From: an uncultured Pseudomonadales bacterium
GTDB lineage: Bacteria > Pseudomonadota > Gammaproteobacteria > Pseudomonadales > UBA7434
Reading direction: 5' to 3'
Assembly: GCA_964504585.1 (NCBI GenBank)
Contig: CAZDEW010000003.1
Coordinates: 13,960 to 77,959, forward strand
DNA length: 64,000 nt
Of the stretch, positions 45,078 through 54,607 are shown in pieces. The position numbers and the translations under genes are program-made. Below the pieces are notes generated by a model. The model saw only the letters and a list, made by a program, of their open reading frames with translations. It made no database searches and was not told the DNA's origin. Position 1 is the stretch's first letter. Every line of letters begins with the position of its first letter.

Positions 45078-45650
45078 ATGATTAACGACATCGCACTAAC
45101 TATTTTAGGTTTCGCTATTCACATTTATACCTTGCTGGTATTGCTTCGATTTTTGTTGCAAGCTGCCAAGGCAGATTTCTATAACCCTATCTCACAGTTC
45201 ATCGTCAAAGCGACTAACCCCGTCTTGATGCCGCTCAGGAAAGTTGTGCCGGGATTGTTTGGCGTTGATTTTGCTGCGATTGTGCTTGCTGTATTGGTAC
45301 AGATCGTTGGCATAGTGCTTACCCACATGCTTGCACTGGGTTCGGTAGCGCCGAATCCACTGCTTTATCTTGTGCTGGGAATACTAGGGACGCTCTCGGT
45401 TTTACTCGATTTTTATTTCTTCGCGATTATTATTCTGGTTATTGTCAGCTGGATTTCGCCAGGTAATCGGCATGATGGCACGCAGCTGTTGTATCAGGTG
45501 ACCGAGCCTGTCATGCGCCCTATTCGAAACATTATGCCTAGCGCCGGCGGACTGGATTTTTCGCCGATGATAGCCATGCTCATTCTCATCATACTGCGCT
45601 CTAACGTAATGCCTGGTGTGGAAGCGGCACTGATACAGCTTGCGCGCTAG
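45078..45650 (+). CDS. yggT: YggT-family membrane protein
   Basis: 190 aa, two YGGT repeats (NPISQFIVKATNPVLMPLRKVVP... / LLYQVTEPVMRPIRNIMP). yggS-proC-yggT synteny. Confidence 0.8.
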   Translation: MINDIALTILGFAIHIYTLLVLLRFLLQAAKADFYNPISQFIVKATNPVLMPLRKVVPGLFGVDFAAIVLAVLVQIVGIVLTHMLALGSVAPNPLLYLVLGILGTLSVLLDFYFFAIIILVIVSWISPGNRHDGTQLLYQVTEPVMRPIRNIMPSAGGLDFSPMIAMLILIILRSNVMPGVEAALIQLAR

Positions 45651-45678
45651 TATCTCCACAAGCTAATAGTTCCCAGCT

Positions 45679-46533
45679 TTATTCTACCGTTAATGCTGCT
45701 TTGACGGATTTTAGTCGCTGCCTGCTTACGGGTAGCGATTCCCCCGACTTAAGAATAACTCGCCCCTGCCTGCCCTCTGTTGTTAAGCGATCAATTTGCC
45801 CAATGGCGACCCAAAAGCTCCGATGGACCTGGATGCCAGACTCCGCTGAAAGCTCAGCGATCGCATCTTTTAGATTGTATAGAATCAGACTTCGACCTTT
45901 ACTCGTTACCACGCTTAGGTAATGTAGCTCCGCCTCCAGATAGATTAGGGAGCCGACTTTATCCGCGGGTAATAGCGACAGAAAGTTTGCCGAGCCGTCT
46001 TCATCTGATTGGATCCCAGCCTGCTCTTCAGCCTCTTTTATCGGCGGCACAGAACGTGACTCAGGCGCCTCATTGGCTCTACTAATTCGATAGCCCAGGA
46101 TCCAGGGGGCGTTTATACCCAGCCACACAAGTGTCACTGGAGGAGCCGTAGCGGCAAATTCGCTCAGCGCGGCGGTCGCACCCAGACTAATTGCTTGCTG
46201 GCCCAGTAGCTGTTCGACCGCCAGTGCGACGGGGGTAAAGAGTATGCATGCGATTAGCGCCGACGCTGACAGAGTGAGCCAGGGATTGAGCTGCCTTGGT
46301 CGAAAAGTGTGCTGCAATCCGGTGTGCGTCAAAACCAGAAAAAGCATGGGTAGAACGGTTTGAAGTTGCCACTGTAAGCCGTGTTTAAGCAGGCCGTAAA
46401 ATCCACTGGCCGGTTCCGTTATCGCCGCAAACACCAGCCCGCAGACCACCGCGATACCAAAAAAGTAAGCGGATGGTGAGATATCGCCTAGCTCTAAACG
46501 CCCATTCATACAAAACGACGTCCACTCATACAA
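45679..46533 (-). CDS. membrane-anchored LytTR-domain DNA-binding protein (no receiver domain)
   Basis: About 4 N-terminal TM helices, then a C-terminal LytTR-like domain (IYLEAELHYLSVVTSKGRSLILYNLKDAIAEL...VHRSFWVAIGQI). Confidence 0.65.
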   Translation of the reverse strand: MYEWTSFCMNGRLELGDISPSAYFFGIAVVCGLVFAAITEPASGFYGLLKHGLQWQLQTVLPMLFLVLTHTGLQHTFRPRQLNPWLTLSASALIACILFTPVALAVEQLLGQQAISLGATAALSEFAATAPPVTLVWLGINAPWILGYRISRANEAPESRSVPPIKEAEEQAGIQSDEDGSANFLSLLPADKVGSLIYLEAELHYLSVVTSKGRSLILYNLKDAIAELSAESGIQVHRSFWVAIGQIDRLTTEGRQGRVILKSGESLPVSRQRLKSVKAALTVE

Positions 46534-46605
46534 AACCGCATCGTTTGACGGCCTGCGTCTTCCTTTGGAGCGTAACTTGAATACATTCGCATATCTGAGG
46601 AAAAG

Positions 46606-47268
46606 ATGATGAAAATCAAACGATTATTTTGCTACAACGCTTTAATTCTGGCTAGCGTATCGAGTCTCAATGGTCACGCGTCAGAGTCGGGCTGGTATGG
46701 GCGTGCTGCAATTGGTTACAGTGCATTGGACGATACCAGCGGGCGCTCTACCGGCATAGGTAGTGCTAGCGGCGGCGCCAGAATTGAGGTCGACGCAGGG
46801 TTTTTTGCGGGTGCAGCGCTAGGCTACGATTATGCTGGTCCCTGGGCGGCTGAAATAGCCTGGGAATATCGGTCGAATGACTCGGAGACAACACTTCCCG
46901 ACGGCAGTCGATTTGATGACGGGAACTATGCTTCGAACACATTTTTTATTAATGGACTTTACCAGTTACCGGGATTCTACGTGAACAAGCCTTATCTGGG
47001 CGCAGGCCTTGGCTGGATTCAAGAGATTGATGTAGATCTGGAAAGTACTGGAGAAGAACTGTCTTATTCAGGTGACGGCGATATAGGCTGGCAGATTTTC
47101 GTGGGTTTTGATCGTGAAATCACACCGCAAATCGAAGGCAACATTGAGCTGCGGTATACTGCCTTTGATGACATTAGCCTTGATGGTGAGGAGGGCGCCG
47201 CCGGCAAATTTGAATCGCTCGATTATCAACACCTATCACTGCAACTTGGACTAAATTTTAATCTTTAA
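46606..47268 (+). CDS. outer-membrane beta-barrel protein (OmpA-like/OmpW-like 8-strand porin family)
   Basis: Signal peptide, alternating aromatic/glycine beta-strand pattern, C-terminal ...LGLNFNL. Confidence 0.6.
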   Translation: MMKIKRLFCYNALILASVSSLNGHASESGWYGRAAIGYSALDDTSGRSTGIGSASGGARIEVDAGFFAGAALGYDYAGPWAAEIAWEYRSNDSETTLPDGSRFDDGNYASNTFFINGLYQLPGFYVNKPYLGAGLGWIQEIDVDLESTGEELSYSGDGDIGWQIFVGFDREITPQIEGNIELRYTAFDDISLDGEEGAAGKFESLDYQHLSLQLGLNFNL

Positions 47269-47333
47269 CAGCGCAGCGGCACGTTGCAACCCGAAAAGTA
47301 TGTGGCGTGCCAACGCGGCTTGAATGTTTGTAT

Positions 47334-48236
47334 TCAGGAAAGCGTAGCTTGAAAAACCTTGATTAGCGCCTGTATTCCGCTCACGCCGCTGTAGTTGAGC
47401 CTGGTCATAAAAGCCAGCGATCGGTGCGGGCCTTTGTCTTTCAGCGGTATAAATCTTAAATCCTTGCTCTCTTTGGACATCTGTTTTACCGCCATTTCAG
47501 GCACCAGTGTCACTCCCAGATTGCCAGCAACCATTTGTACGAGCGTATAAAGGCTTGTGCCTGCCAGAGATGCATTGCTCTCGACACTCTTGATTTTGCA
47601 CGCATCAATGATTTGATCCTTGAGGCAGTGGCCTTCCTGTAGCAGCAGAAGGTCACGGGCGTCTATTTCGCTACTGGCGATAGCAGTACCCTCTGCATAG
47701 GTTTTCGCGTAATCGCTATTTTTGTGGGCGACCAAACAAAAATCCTCTTCCCAAAAGGAGAAGGCATGCAGGCCGCCGTAGCTGTATGGTAGTGCCAGAA
47801 TAGCGGTATCGATAGCGCCAATGCGAACCTGTTCTACGAGCTCGTTCGAGGTCGCTTCCACAACCTTTAGCGATAGGCGTGGAAACGCCTTCTTGACGCT
47901 GGGAAGAACCTTCGGAAGTAGGAAGGGCCCAATCGTTGGGATCACGCCGATGGTAATCGGGTAGCTTAGCGGCTCCTGTTTGCCGGCAGAAAGATTATGC
48001 AGGTCTTCGACCTGAAGTTTAATCTCTCTTGCTTTCGCCAGGATTTGCTCGCCGATGGGAGTCACCAGTACCTTCTTATTGTCACGCTCAAAAATCATGA
48101 CGCCCAGCTGATTCTCCATTTCGCTCACGGCTGTGCTCAATGCGCTCTGGGAAACATTGCAGGCGTCTGCTGCGCGCTTGAAATGCCGCTCCTGCTCAAC
48201 TGCCAGCGCGTAATTTATCTGTTTGAAGGAAATCAT
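47334..48236 (-). CDS. oxyR: LysR-family hydrogen-peroxide-sensing regulator OxyR
   Basis: N-terminal HTH (FKRAADACNVSQSALS) and the redox-cysteine motif LLLQEGHCLKDQIIDAC. Confidence 0.8.
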   Translation of the reverse strand: MISFKQINYALAVEQERHFKRAADACNVSQSALSTAVSEMENQLGVMIFERDNKKVLVTPIGEQILAKAREIKLQVEDLHNLSAGKQEPLSYPITIGVIPTIGPFLLPKVLPSVKKAFPRLSLKVVEATSNELVEQVRIGAIDTAILALPYSYGGLHAFSFWEEDFCLVAHKNSDYAKTYAEGTAIASSEIDARDLLLLQEGHCLKDQIIDACKIKSVESNASLAGTSLYTLVQMVAGNLGVTLVPEMAVKQMSKESKDLRFIPLKDKGPHRSLAFMTRLNYSGVSGIQALIKVFQATLS

Positions 48237-48278
48237 TAACGAGCAACCCCTACAGTGATCTCATGACTAATTGAGTTT

Positions 48279-48758
48279 TCAGGCGCCTGCAATTACTTTA
48301 AAAGCGTCAATAACAGATTGCGGTGCCTGTACTAGTTCTATTAGAACGCCGTGCCCGCTCAGGGGCTTATCTTCGCTGCCTTTAGGGTGAATAAAAATTA
48401 TGTTGTGTCCAGATGCACCCTTTCGTATACCACCAGGGGTAAAGCGAACCCCCTGTTGATCAAGCCAAGCAACCGCTGCTTCCAGATTATCTATCCAGAG
48501 CCCTACATGATTAAGCGCGGGCTCGTCTACTCTAGGCTTGCGCTCGGGATCTAGCGGTTGCATCAAATCCACTTCAACCGCTAGATCGCCGCTGCCTATC
48601 TCGCAAATATCTTCATCAACGTTTTCTTTTTCACTTTGAAAAGTATGTGAAAAATTGAGACCCATGATGTCGACCCAGAATTCCCTGAGTGTACTTTTGT
48701 TGCGATGACCTAGCGCTATCTGTTGAATGCCTAGTACTTTGAAGGGGCGTGTTGCCAA
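48279..48758 (-). CDS. VOC-family (glyoxalase / methylmalonyl-CoA epimerase-like) protein
   Basis: 159 aa. GIQQIALGH...[11 protein letters not shown]...IFIHPKG. TTG start with AGGAGA RBS. Confidence 0.7.
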   Translation of the reverse strand: MATRPFKVLGIQQIALGHRNKSTLREFWVDIMGLNFSHTFQSEKENVDEDICEIGSGDLAVEVDLMQPLDPERKPRVDEPALNHVGLWIDNLEAAVAWLDQQGVRFTPGGIRKGASGHNIIFIHPKGSEDKPLSGHGVLIELVQAPQSVIDAFKVIAGA

Positions 48759-48920
48759 AGCGTTCTCCTGATAACGGTTGTTTTAGCTGAAGATTCAGAT
48801 ATCAATAACTGCGCGGCGGTTTATTAGAATTCAAGACAGTAACCGCTGTTTAGTCGCGATGTTGCACTCCGGCCTATGTGGCTGGTTCGGAACTCTCGCT
48901 GCGAGCAGCTTTCTGTTGGG

Positions 48921-48982
48921 TCTATAGCGCCTATAGCGTCTATGAGGTCTATAGGGCTTCTCTATAAGACTTCTCTATAAGG
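48921..48982. repeat. cluster of six short tandem CTATA(G/A)-core repeats (8-13 bp units)
   Basis: tctatagcgc / ctatagcg / tctatgagg / tctataggg / cttctctataaga / cttctctataagg read directly. Overlaps the stop codon of the 48962..50158 gene. Confidence 0.85.
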
Positions 48983-50158
48983 TAATGCCTCACTGACCGC
49001 TTCGACGTACTGGCGATTATAGTCTTTTTCACGCGTAATAAAATTATCAATCGCAGCGGCAAACTGTTCGTTCAGAATGTAGTGAGCGGATCTGGTCGCG
49101 ACGGGTATAAAGCCCCGCTGTATCTTGTGCTCGCCCTGTGCTCCCGCATCAAACTTACGCATCTTCTTTTCTATACAAAATTCTATGCCCTGATAGTAGC
49201 AAAGTTCAAAGTGCAAAAATTCTGTCTCCTCAGTGCAGCCCCAATAGCGTCCGTACAGCGTTTCGGCAGAGAAAAAATTTAACGCTGCAGCGACCATTCT
49301 GTTTTCACCATCTGACCGTTTAAAAGCCGCCGCCAGCATAATTTGTTGGTTTAGTTGGCTCCCAACATTCCTGAAAAAATGTTCTGGCAGGTACCCGCCG
49401 TGGCCCGAGCGCTTGGCATAAGTCCTTTGGTAGAAAAGGAAAAAGGATTTCCACACTTCGTCAGTGAGCTGTGTTCCCGTCAGACGCTCAATGACCAGAT
49501 CCTGTTGCATGACTTGCTGACGCTCCTTGCGAATCGCCTTTCTTTTGCGTGCTTTCAAAGCGCCAAGAAAGCCCTCGAAATCTTGATAGGGCTCTTGATT
49601 GGCATCGATATTGAACCAGTGAAACTGTACCGCTTCCCTTATTAACAGTGACTGGCTCGTGAAATCGGCGGCCTCTGCTTTGCTTGCAAACAGTATATGC
49701 GCGCTCTGTATGTGTTCCTTGAAACAATGTTCTTTCAACGCATCCACAGCGAACTTGCGGATAGCTAAGCCACGCTGCGTATCAACTATCCGCTTGTTCA
49801 ATAGCAATCGGGGTCCAGTGGCAGGCGTAAAGGGTATGGCGCAAAGTAGTTTTGGGTAATAGTCGATATTGTTGCGATGGTAAGCGTCAGCCCATGCAAA
49901 ATCGAAAACATACTCTCCGTAAGAATGTGCCTTGATATAAAGTGGTGCTACTGCGAGTAAATTGTGATTTTCGTCCTCTATCGCCAGATGATGGGGCTGC
50001 CACCCGCTGGCACTGCAGCACGCAGCGTCTACCTCATGGGTATTTTGCTCCATCGCATAGAGATACTCGTAGCGCGTAAACGGATAATCGGTGCCAGCGA
50101 TTTCATTCCACGCTTCGGCTCCAATTTTATCAATCGATTCTAAAAATAATGCGCGCAC
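48962..50158 (-). CDS. DUF482 / FemAB-like GNAT-fold acyltransferase family protein
   Basis: 398 aa. The N-terminus ...WNEIAGTDYPFTRYEYLYAMEQ and overall length resemble the COG3146 family. GTG start. Confidence 0.6.
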   Translation of the reverse strand: MRALFLESIDKIGAEAWNEIAGTDYPFTRYEYLYAMEQNTHEVDAACCSASGWQPHHLAIEDENHNLLAVAPLYIKAHSYGEYVFDFAWADAYHRNNIDYYPKLLCAIPFTPATGPRLLLNKRIVDTQRGLAIRKFAVDALKEHCFKEHIQSAHILFASKAEAADFTSQSLLIREAVQFHWFNIDANQEPYQDFEGFLGALKARKRKAIRKERQQVMQQDLVIERLTGTQLTDEVWKSFFLFYQRTYAKRSGHGGYLPEHFFRNVGSQLNQQIMLAAAFKRSDGENRMVAAALNFFSAETLYGRYWGCTEETEFLHFELCYYQGIEFCIEKKMRKFDAGAQGEHKIQRGFIPVATRSAHYILNEQFAAAIDNFITREKDYNRQYVEAVSEALPYREVL

Positions 50159-50182
50159 AGTCTTCTGGCACCTATGGGATGA

Positions 50183-51052
50183 TTAGCTTGCGCCGGCCTG
50201 TACCAGCAGGCCCAAAAAAATACTCCAACCGACATAGTTGTTGTTGAGAAAGGCTCTGAAGCAGCGATCAGCTTCTCTGTCTTTAATCAGATACTGTTGA
50301 TAGCCAAACAGTCCCAGCGCGATTGCCAGGCTTAGGTAATAGTAAACGCCATGTGAGTTTATCTGCCCCGCAACAATCATCAGCATGATAAATAGCAGCT
50401 GCAGGGCTGCCGTTACGCTGCGATCAAAATGCCCAAAAAAAATCGCCGTGGATTTTATGCCCGTCTTTAAATCATCCCTGCGATCAACCATGGCATAAAA
50501 TGTGTCGTACACCACAACCCAGACCAGTACCGCAATATACAGCACCCACGAAGCGACGTTGGTCCCGCCTGTATACTCGACATAAGCCATTGGGATGGCC
50601 CACGCAAAGGCTGCGCCCAGCACAAGCTGAGGGAAGTGTGAGAACCGCTTGGTAAACGGGTAGGCAGTAGCCAAAAATAGCGCGCCGATCGACCAGATTC
50701 GCGTCTCCGCATGTAAAAAGATCAGCAGCGCTGCAGCGCAGAAGCAAAGCAACACAAAAAGTACAAGAGCTTCTCTTTCAGATACAGCCTTTGTAACCAG
50801 AGGTCTTTCTCGAGTGCGAGTTACATTTCCATCCCAGTGTCGATCTGCGTAATCATTAATGACGCAGCCAGCGGAGCGCATCAAAAAGGCGCCAATTGTA
50901 AAGATCACAAGAAGTTTTACAGGAGGGAGATCACCCTCGCCGGCAAAAAAAAGTGCCCAAAGAGCCGGCCATAATACGAGATAAAATCCAATGGGCCGGT
51001 CAGCGCGCATGAGGCTGAGGTAAATTTTAAGTTTGGAGGGCTGTAGTAACAT
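50183..51052 (-). CDS. ubiA: 4-hydroxybenzoate octaprenyltransferase
   Basis: 289-aa polytopic protein. NDYADRHWD and YDTFYAMVDRRDD aspartate-rich motifs. Confidence 0.9.
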   Translation of the reverse strand: MLLQPSKLKIYLSLMRADRPIGFYLVLWPALWALFFAGEGDLPPVKLLVIFTIGAFLMRSAGCVINDYADRHWDGNVTRTRERPLVTKAVSEREALVLFVLLCFCAAALLIFLHAETRIWSIGALFLATAYPFTKRFSHFPQLVLGAAFAWAIPMAYVEYTGGTNVASWVLYIAVLVWVVVYDTFYAMVDRRDDLKTGIKSTAIFFGHFDRSVTAALQLLFIMLMIVAGQINSHGVYYYLSLAIALGLFGYQQYLIKDREADRCFRAFLNNNYVGWSIFLGLLVQAGAS

Positions 51053-51294
51053 GAAGATTCTGGAAACTGCGGAATTCGCCCTGACAAGCTTTTCTAGATC
51101 GCGTTAAAACGCCAGTTTACACCTGCAAAACTTTCGCTACAAATGCTCCATATTGCGTTTTTGACGATGGCTTTTACCGCGATCATGGGTTTAAATGCTC
51201 TACCGCTTGCTGTTGTCATTAAGGCGCGAGAAACTGATGTTGCGCATTTGCATCGACCCTTCGCGGGCTCACGCGGAGCGGAGCGTTTAAGCGC

Positions 51295-51321
51295 GTAGTT
51301 AGAGTAGTTAGATTAGTTAGT
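51295..51321. repeat. three tandem 9-bp repeats (gtagttaga gtagttaga ttagttagt) upstream of the HU gene
   Basis: Read directly, 55-80 nt upstream of the ATG at 51376. Confidence 0.85.
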
Positions 51322-51375
51322 GAAAAAGCAGAGCCGCTCTAGATCGGCCGCTAGAAATCGAAACCGGAAAAAACC

Positions 51376-51651
51376 ATGAACAAAAATGATTTGGCAGCGG
51401 TCGTTGCCGATAAAGCCGATATATCAAAAGAAAAGGCAAACGAGGTTATCAACGCGATTACCGATGAGATCACTGCAGCGTTAGTGAGAGAGGATAGCGT
51501 AAGTCTCATTGGATTTGGAAGCTTCAGCTGCCGCAGCCGTGCCGCCAGAAAGGGAAAGAACCCTCAGACAGGTGCAGAGATCGATATTCCTGCCAGTCAA
51601 ACCGTTGGCTTTAAAGCCGGTAAAGCACTGAAATCTTTCGTCAATGAGTAA
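51376..51651 (+). CDS. hupB: HU-family nucleoid-associated DNA-binding protein
   Basis: 91 aa. MNKNDLAAVVADKADISKEKANEVINAITDEI...GFGSF...RKGKNPQTGAEI. Confidence 0.9.
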   Translation: MNKNDLAAVVADKADISKEKANEVINAITDEITAALVREDSVSLIGFGSFSCRSRAARKGKNPQTGAEIDIPASQTVGFKAGKALKSFVNE

Positions 51652-51674
51652 AGCCCCGGCTCGTTAGTCATTTA

Positions 51675-51974
51675 ATGAGTAACAAGATCGCGCTATTTGC
51701 ACAGCGCCAAAAGCGCTTTTATCTTGCCAATGCGGTTTTTCTTCCTGCTCTCGCTGCCGGCTTTTATCTGGCCTCTCAGGCGGGCTATTACCGCGCGGGC
51801 TTTTTTGGCGCAACATTCTTTTTCTTGTTCTGGATTTTCAACGTTGACCAGCTAAGGCGGTGCCCTTTTTGTCATCAGCGCGCACGCAGTAAGGAAGCAT
51901 TGCTCGCCAGGCTTCAACGCTGTGGGAACTGTGGCAGTGCTCTGACACAAGATGATGCCCACCCAGATCAATAA
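51675..51974 (+). CDS. hypothetical membrane protein with C-terminal CxxC...CxxC zinc-ribbon
   Basis: 99 aa, two TM segments then CPFCHQ...CGNCG. Overlaps the next gene by 23 nt. Confidence 0.35.
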   Translation: MSNKIALFAQRQKRFYLANAVFLPALAAGFYLASQAGYYRAGFFGATFFFLFWIFNVDQLRRCPFCHQRARSKEALLARLQRCGNCGSALTQDDAHPDQ

Positions 51975-52752
51975 AACAGATGCTGGCCAGGATCGCAATT
52001 TTGATGATATTGCTGATCGCTTTGAAAAGCGTATCTACGGTGGTCTGAAGGGAAGGGTCCGCCTCGCAGTTATCGATGCAGAGATAGAGCATGCTCTGCA
52101 ACTTCTAGGGCGCGCGCAATTGGATGTGCTTGATATTGGCTGTGGTCTTGGTCAACATGCCATTCGACTCGCGGAGCAAGGCCACAAGGTGGTGGCAAAT
52201 GAGCTCTCGCAAAAGATGCTGGACGTTGCAAAACAGAACGCTTCTCTAGCTCGGATAGCCCACCCCATTGACTTCGTAAACGGCCCTTATCAGGACCTCT
52301 CCATCGAGCCCTCGAGTCTGGACCTTATACTTTGCCACGCTGTTATCGAATGGCTAGCACAGCCTGATCGATTGTTCCCTGCAATTTCCACGTGGTTAAA
52401 ACCCAATGGTTTGATGTCACTGAGTTTCTACAATCCCGCAGCCAAAGAATATCGTAATTTAATACGAGGTAATTTTGACTGGCTAGAGCAGCAGCGCACG
52501 TATGAATCGGACGATGGAAGTCTCACACCCAATCAGCCTTGCAGCCTTGAGCAAGTCGAAAGCTGGGCCAATGCAGCGGGCCTTAGTGTCATAAGAAGCA
52601 AGGGTATCCGGGTTTTCAGTGACTATATCGTCGAGCGCCGAGGCGGCCTCGCTGACGAAGATAGTGTACTGGAGATGGAGTGCCGCTACGCCGGCAAAGA
52701 GCCATTTAAATGGCTGGGGCGATATATTCATCTGTTACTGCAGCGTCATTAG
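51952..52752 (+). CDS. cmoM: SAM-dependent methyltransferase, CmoM/SmtA-like (tRNA cmo5U methyl ester formation)
   Basis: QDRNFDDIADRFEKRIYGGLKGRVRLAV matches the CmoM N-terminus as I recall it. VLDIGCGLG is SAM motif I. Confidence 0.7.
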   Translation: MMPTQINKTDAGQDRNFDDIADRFEKRIYGGLKGRVRLAVIDAEIEHALQLLGRAQLDVLDIGCGLGQHAIRLAEQGHKVVANELSQKMLDVAKQNASLARIAHPIDFVNGPYQDLSIEPSSLDLILCHAVIEWLAQPDRLFPAISTWLKPNGLMSLSFYNPAAKEYRNLIRGNFDWLEQQRTYESDDGSLTPNQPCSLEQVESWANAAGLSVIRSKGIRVFSDYIVERRGGLADEDSVLEMECRYAGKEPFKWLGRYIHLLLQRH

Positions 52753-52796
52753 TCACTTTGTTTGACACTCTGGTTTATGCGAAGGAGAAAAAATCT

Positions 52797-53144
52797 GTGG
52801 AAGTTGATAAGCATTATGAAATGGGAAGTCTTGAAGCCATAACGGCCTACTCCAGATCGTTCGCGCTCGAGCGAGGCTGGGAGAATTTTCAAAATCCAAA
52901 AAATATCGTTATGGCTTTGAGCGTTGAGTGTGCGGAGCTGCTTGAACATTTTCAATGGCTCGACGCCGATGCCTCAGCTGCCATTGACGCTGATAAAAAG
53001 CTCGAGGTGGGAGACGAGATAGCCGACGTCCTTTTTTATCTTGTGCGACTTGCGGACATACTAGCAATTGATATTCCACTTGCGGCCGCACGAAAGGCAC
53101 AAATGAATGCTATTAAATACCCGTTAACCGAAGTCTCGGATTAG
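52797..53144 (+). CDS. MazG-like nucleotide pyrophosphohydrolase
   Basis: ALSVECAELLEHFQW...EVGDEIADVLFYLVRLA (EExxE/ExxD motifs). GTG at 52797 is preceded by AAGGAGA. Confidence 0.7.
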   Translation: MEVDKHYEMGSLEAITAYSRSFALERGWENFQNPKNIVMALSVECAELLEHFQWLDADASAAIDADKKLEVGDEIADVLFYLVRLADILAIDIPLAAARKAQMNAIKYPLTEVSD

Positions 53145-53145
53145 G

Positions 53146-53649
53146 ATGGTTTTTATGTTATCGATGATCTACGCCCGCTCTCTAAATCACTGTATCGGCA
53201 AGAGCGGCCAGATACCCTGGCATCTGCCCGACGAATTTGCGCATTTCAAGCAAACTACGCTGGGTTGTCCCATCATCATGGGTAGAAAAACCTATGAAGA
53301 TCATGAGTCGGCTTTACCCGGCCGTTTAAATATCGTTGTGACCAGGCAGCCCAATTATTCAGTGGTCAATGGCATTGTTCTCGCAAGTGACCTGAATCAG
53401 GCGATCGATCTGGCTTCCAGCAATCACAGCAAGATATTTATTATCGGTGGCGTTGAGTTTTTTTCGAAAGGTTATGAAGTTTGCGACACCGTGTATGAAA
53501 CTGTGGTAGATGCAGACATTAATGGAGACGCATTTCTACCGGCGTTTGATTACAGCGCTTGGGATACTGAGCTTATGTCAACACATGATATTGATGAGAG
53601 ACATCGCTTCGCCTTTAGAATTTATCGGCACTCTCGCAGAAAGGCCTAG
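53146..53649 (+). CDS. folA: dihydrofolate reductase
   Basis: SMIYARSLNHCIGKSGQIPWHLPDEFAHFKQTTLGCPIIMGRKTYE...IFIIGG. The true start may be ATG at 53155 or 53164. Confidence 0.87.
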   Translation: MVFMLSMIYARSLNHCIGKSGQIPWHLPDEFAHFKQTTLGCPIIMGRKTYEDHESALPGRLNIVVTRQPNYSVVNGIVLASDLNQAIDLASSNHSKIFIIGGVEFFSKGYEVCDTVYETVVDADINGDAFLPAFDYSAWDTELMSTHDIDERHRFAFRIYRHSRRKA

Positions 53650-53688
53650 CTTTGCATAACGCCTAGCTCTATATCTAGAAGCGCGGGC

Positions 53689-54552
53689 TTATCCCGATTT
53701 TTTTTTGGGCATAGGCACTAACCTGGAGGTCTCTCGCAAGTAGGCCATATAGTTTTCATTTTCTCCCCATTTACTCTGCGCTTTTGCTTCAAGTAGAGGA
53801 ATGCCGCTTAATCGGGTCAGCAAGAAAAATACAAATAGCGGCGATACTAGACTGATTAGCTGCCAGCCTGCCAATACTGGAGCCGCTAATAAAGCGATAC
53901 CACTCCAAAGAAGTATCTCGCCGAAATAGTTCGGGTGTCTGGAGTATCGCCACAGGCCGCTATCAATAAACGCGCTTTCACCGTGGCGTCTGCGAAACTG
54001 ACGCTTTTGATAGTCGGCAATGGTTTCGATAAGCAGCCCCGCACCCCAGATGATAAGCGCGAGATAATCGATTGTGCCTAGCGGCTTGCTAGAGCTCGAG
54101 GATATGGCGGCTACTGCGGCGGCGGCTGTTACTACAACCCAAAGCCCTTGAATGGTCCAGGTCAGAAAAAATCGTGGGGCACTCTGTTTTATTTTGTCGA
54201 ATCGACTATCTCCATCATCGATCAGTATGCGTGAGAAAAGAAACAGACCAAGACGTGCAGCCCATAGCGCTACCATCATGGTGAGCAAAACCGCGCGAAG
54301 CGATTTTTCTTCACTGAGCGCCAGCGCTAAAAAAACGACTGCAATATACGTTGCACTCCCTGTCAGGTCATAGAACTTCTCTGTTTTCAGTAGCCATGCT
54401 GGTATAAAAGCAAGCCACTGAACAAAAAAGGCAAGTGACCCACAGATCACCGGCAGCGGAATCGTTTCGAACTGAGCAGCGCGATAAGATTGAGCCAGTA
54501 CTACCAAGGTCGCAAAGGCAAGAATTGCGGCAACTTTCGGAAGAGAAGACAT
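53689..54552 (-). CDS. DUF1295 / steroid 5-alpha-reductase-like membrane protein
   Basis: 287 aa. GLWRYSRHPNYFGEILLW. Full-length paralogue of 15666..16463. Confidence 0.7.
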   Translation of the reverse strand: MSSLPKVAAILAFATLVVLAQSYRAAQFETIPLPVICGSLAFFVQWLAFIPAWLLKTEKFYDLTGSATYIAVVFLALALSEEKSLRAVLLTMMVALWAARLGLFLFSRILIDDGDSRFDKIKQSAPRFFLTWTIQGLWVVVTAAAAVAAISSSSSKPLGTIDYLALIIWGAGLLIETIADYQKRQFRRRHGESAFIDSGLWRYSRHPNYFGEILLWSGIALLAAPVLAGWQLISLVSPLFVFFLLTRLSGIPLLEAKAQSKWGENENYMAYLRETSRLVPMPKKKSG

Positions 54553-54607
54553 TGATGCGTTTTACCGATGAGGGCGGTAGCGTAATAAGACACCAGGCGC
54601 CTATTGC

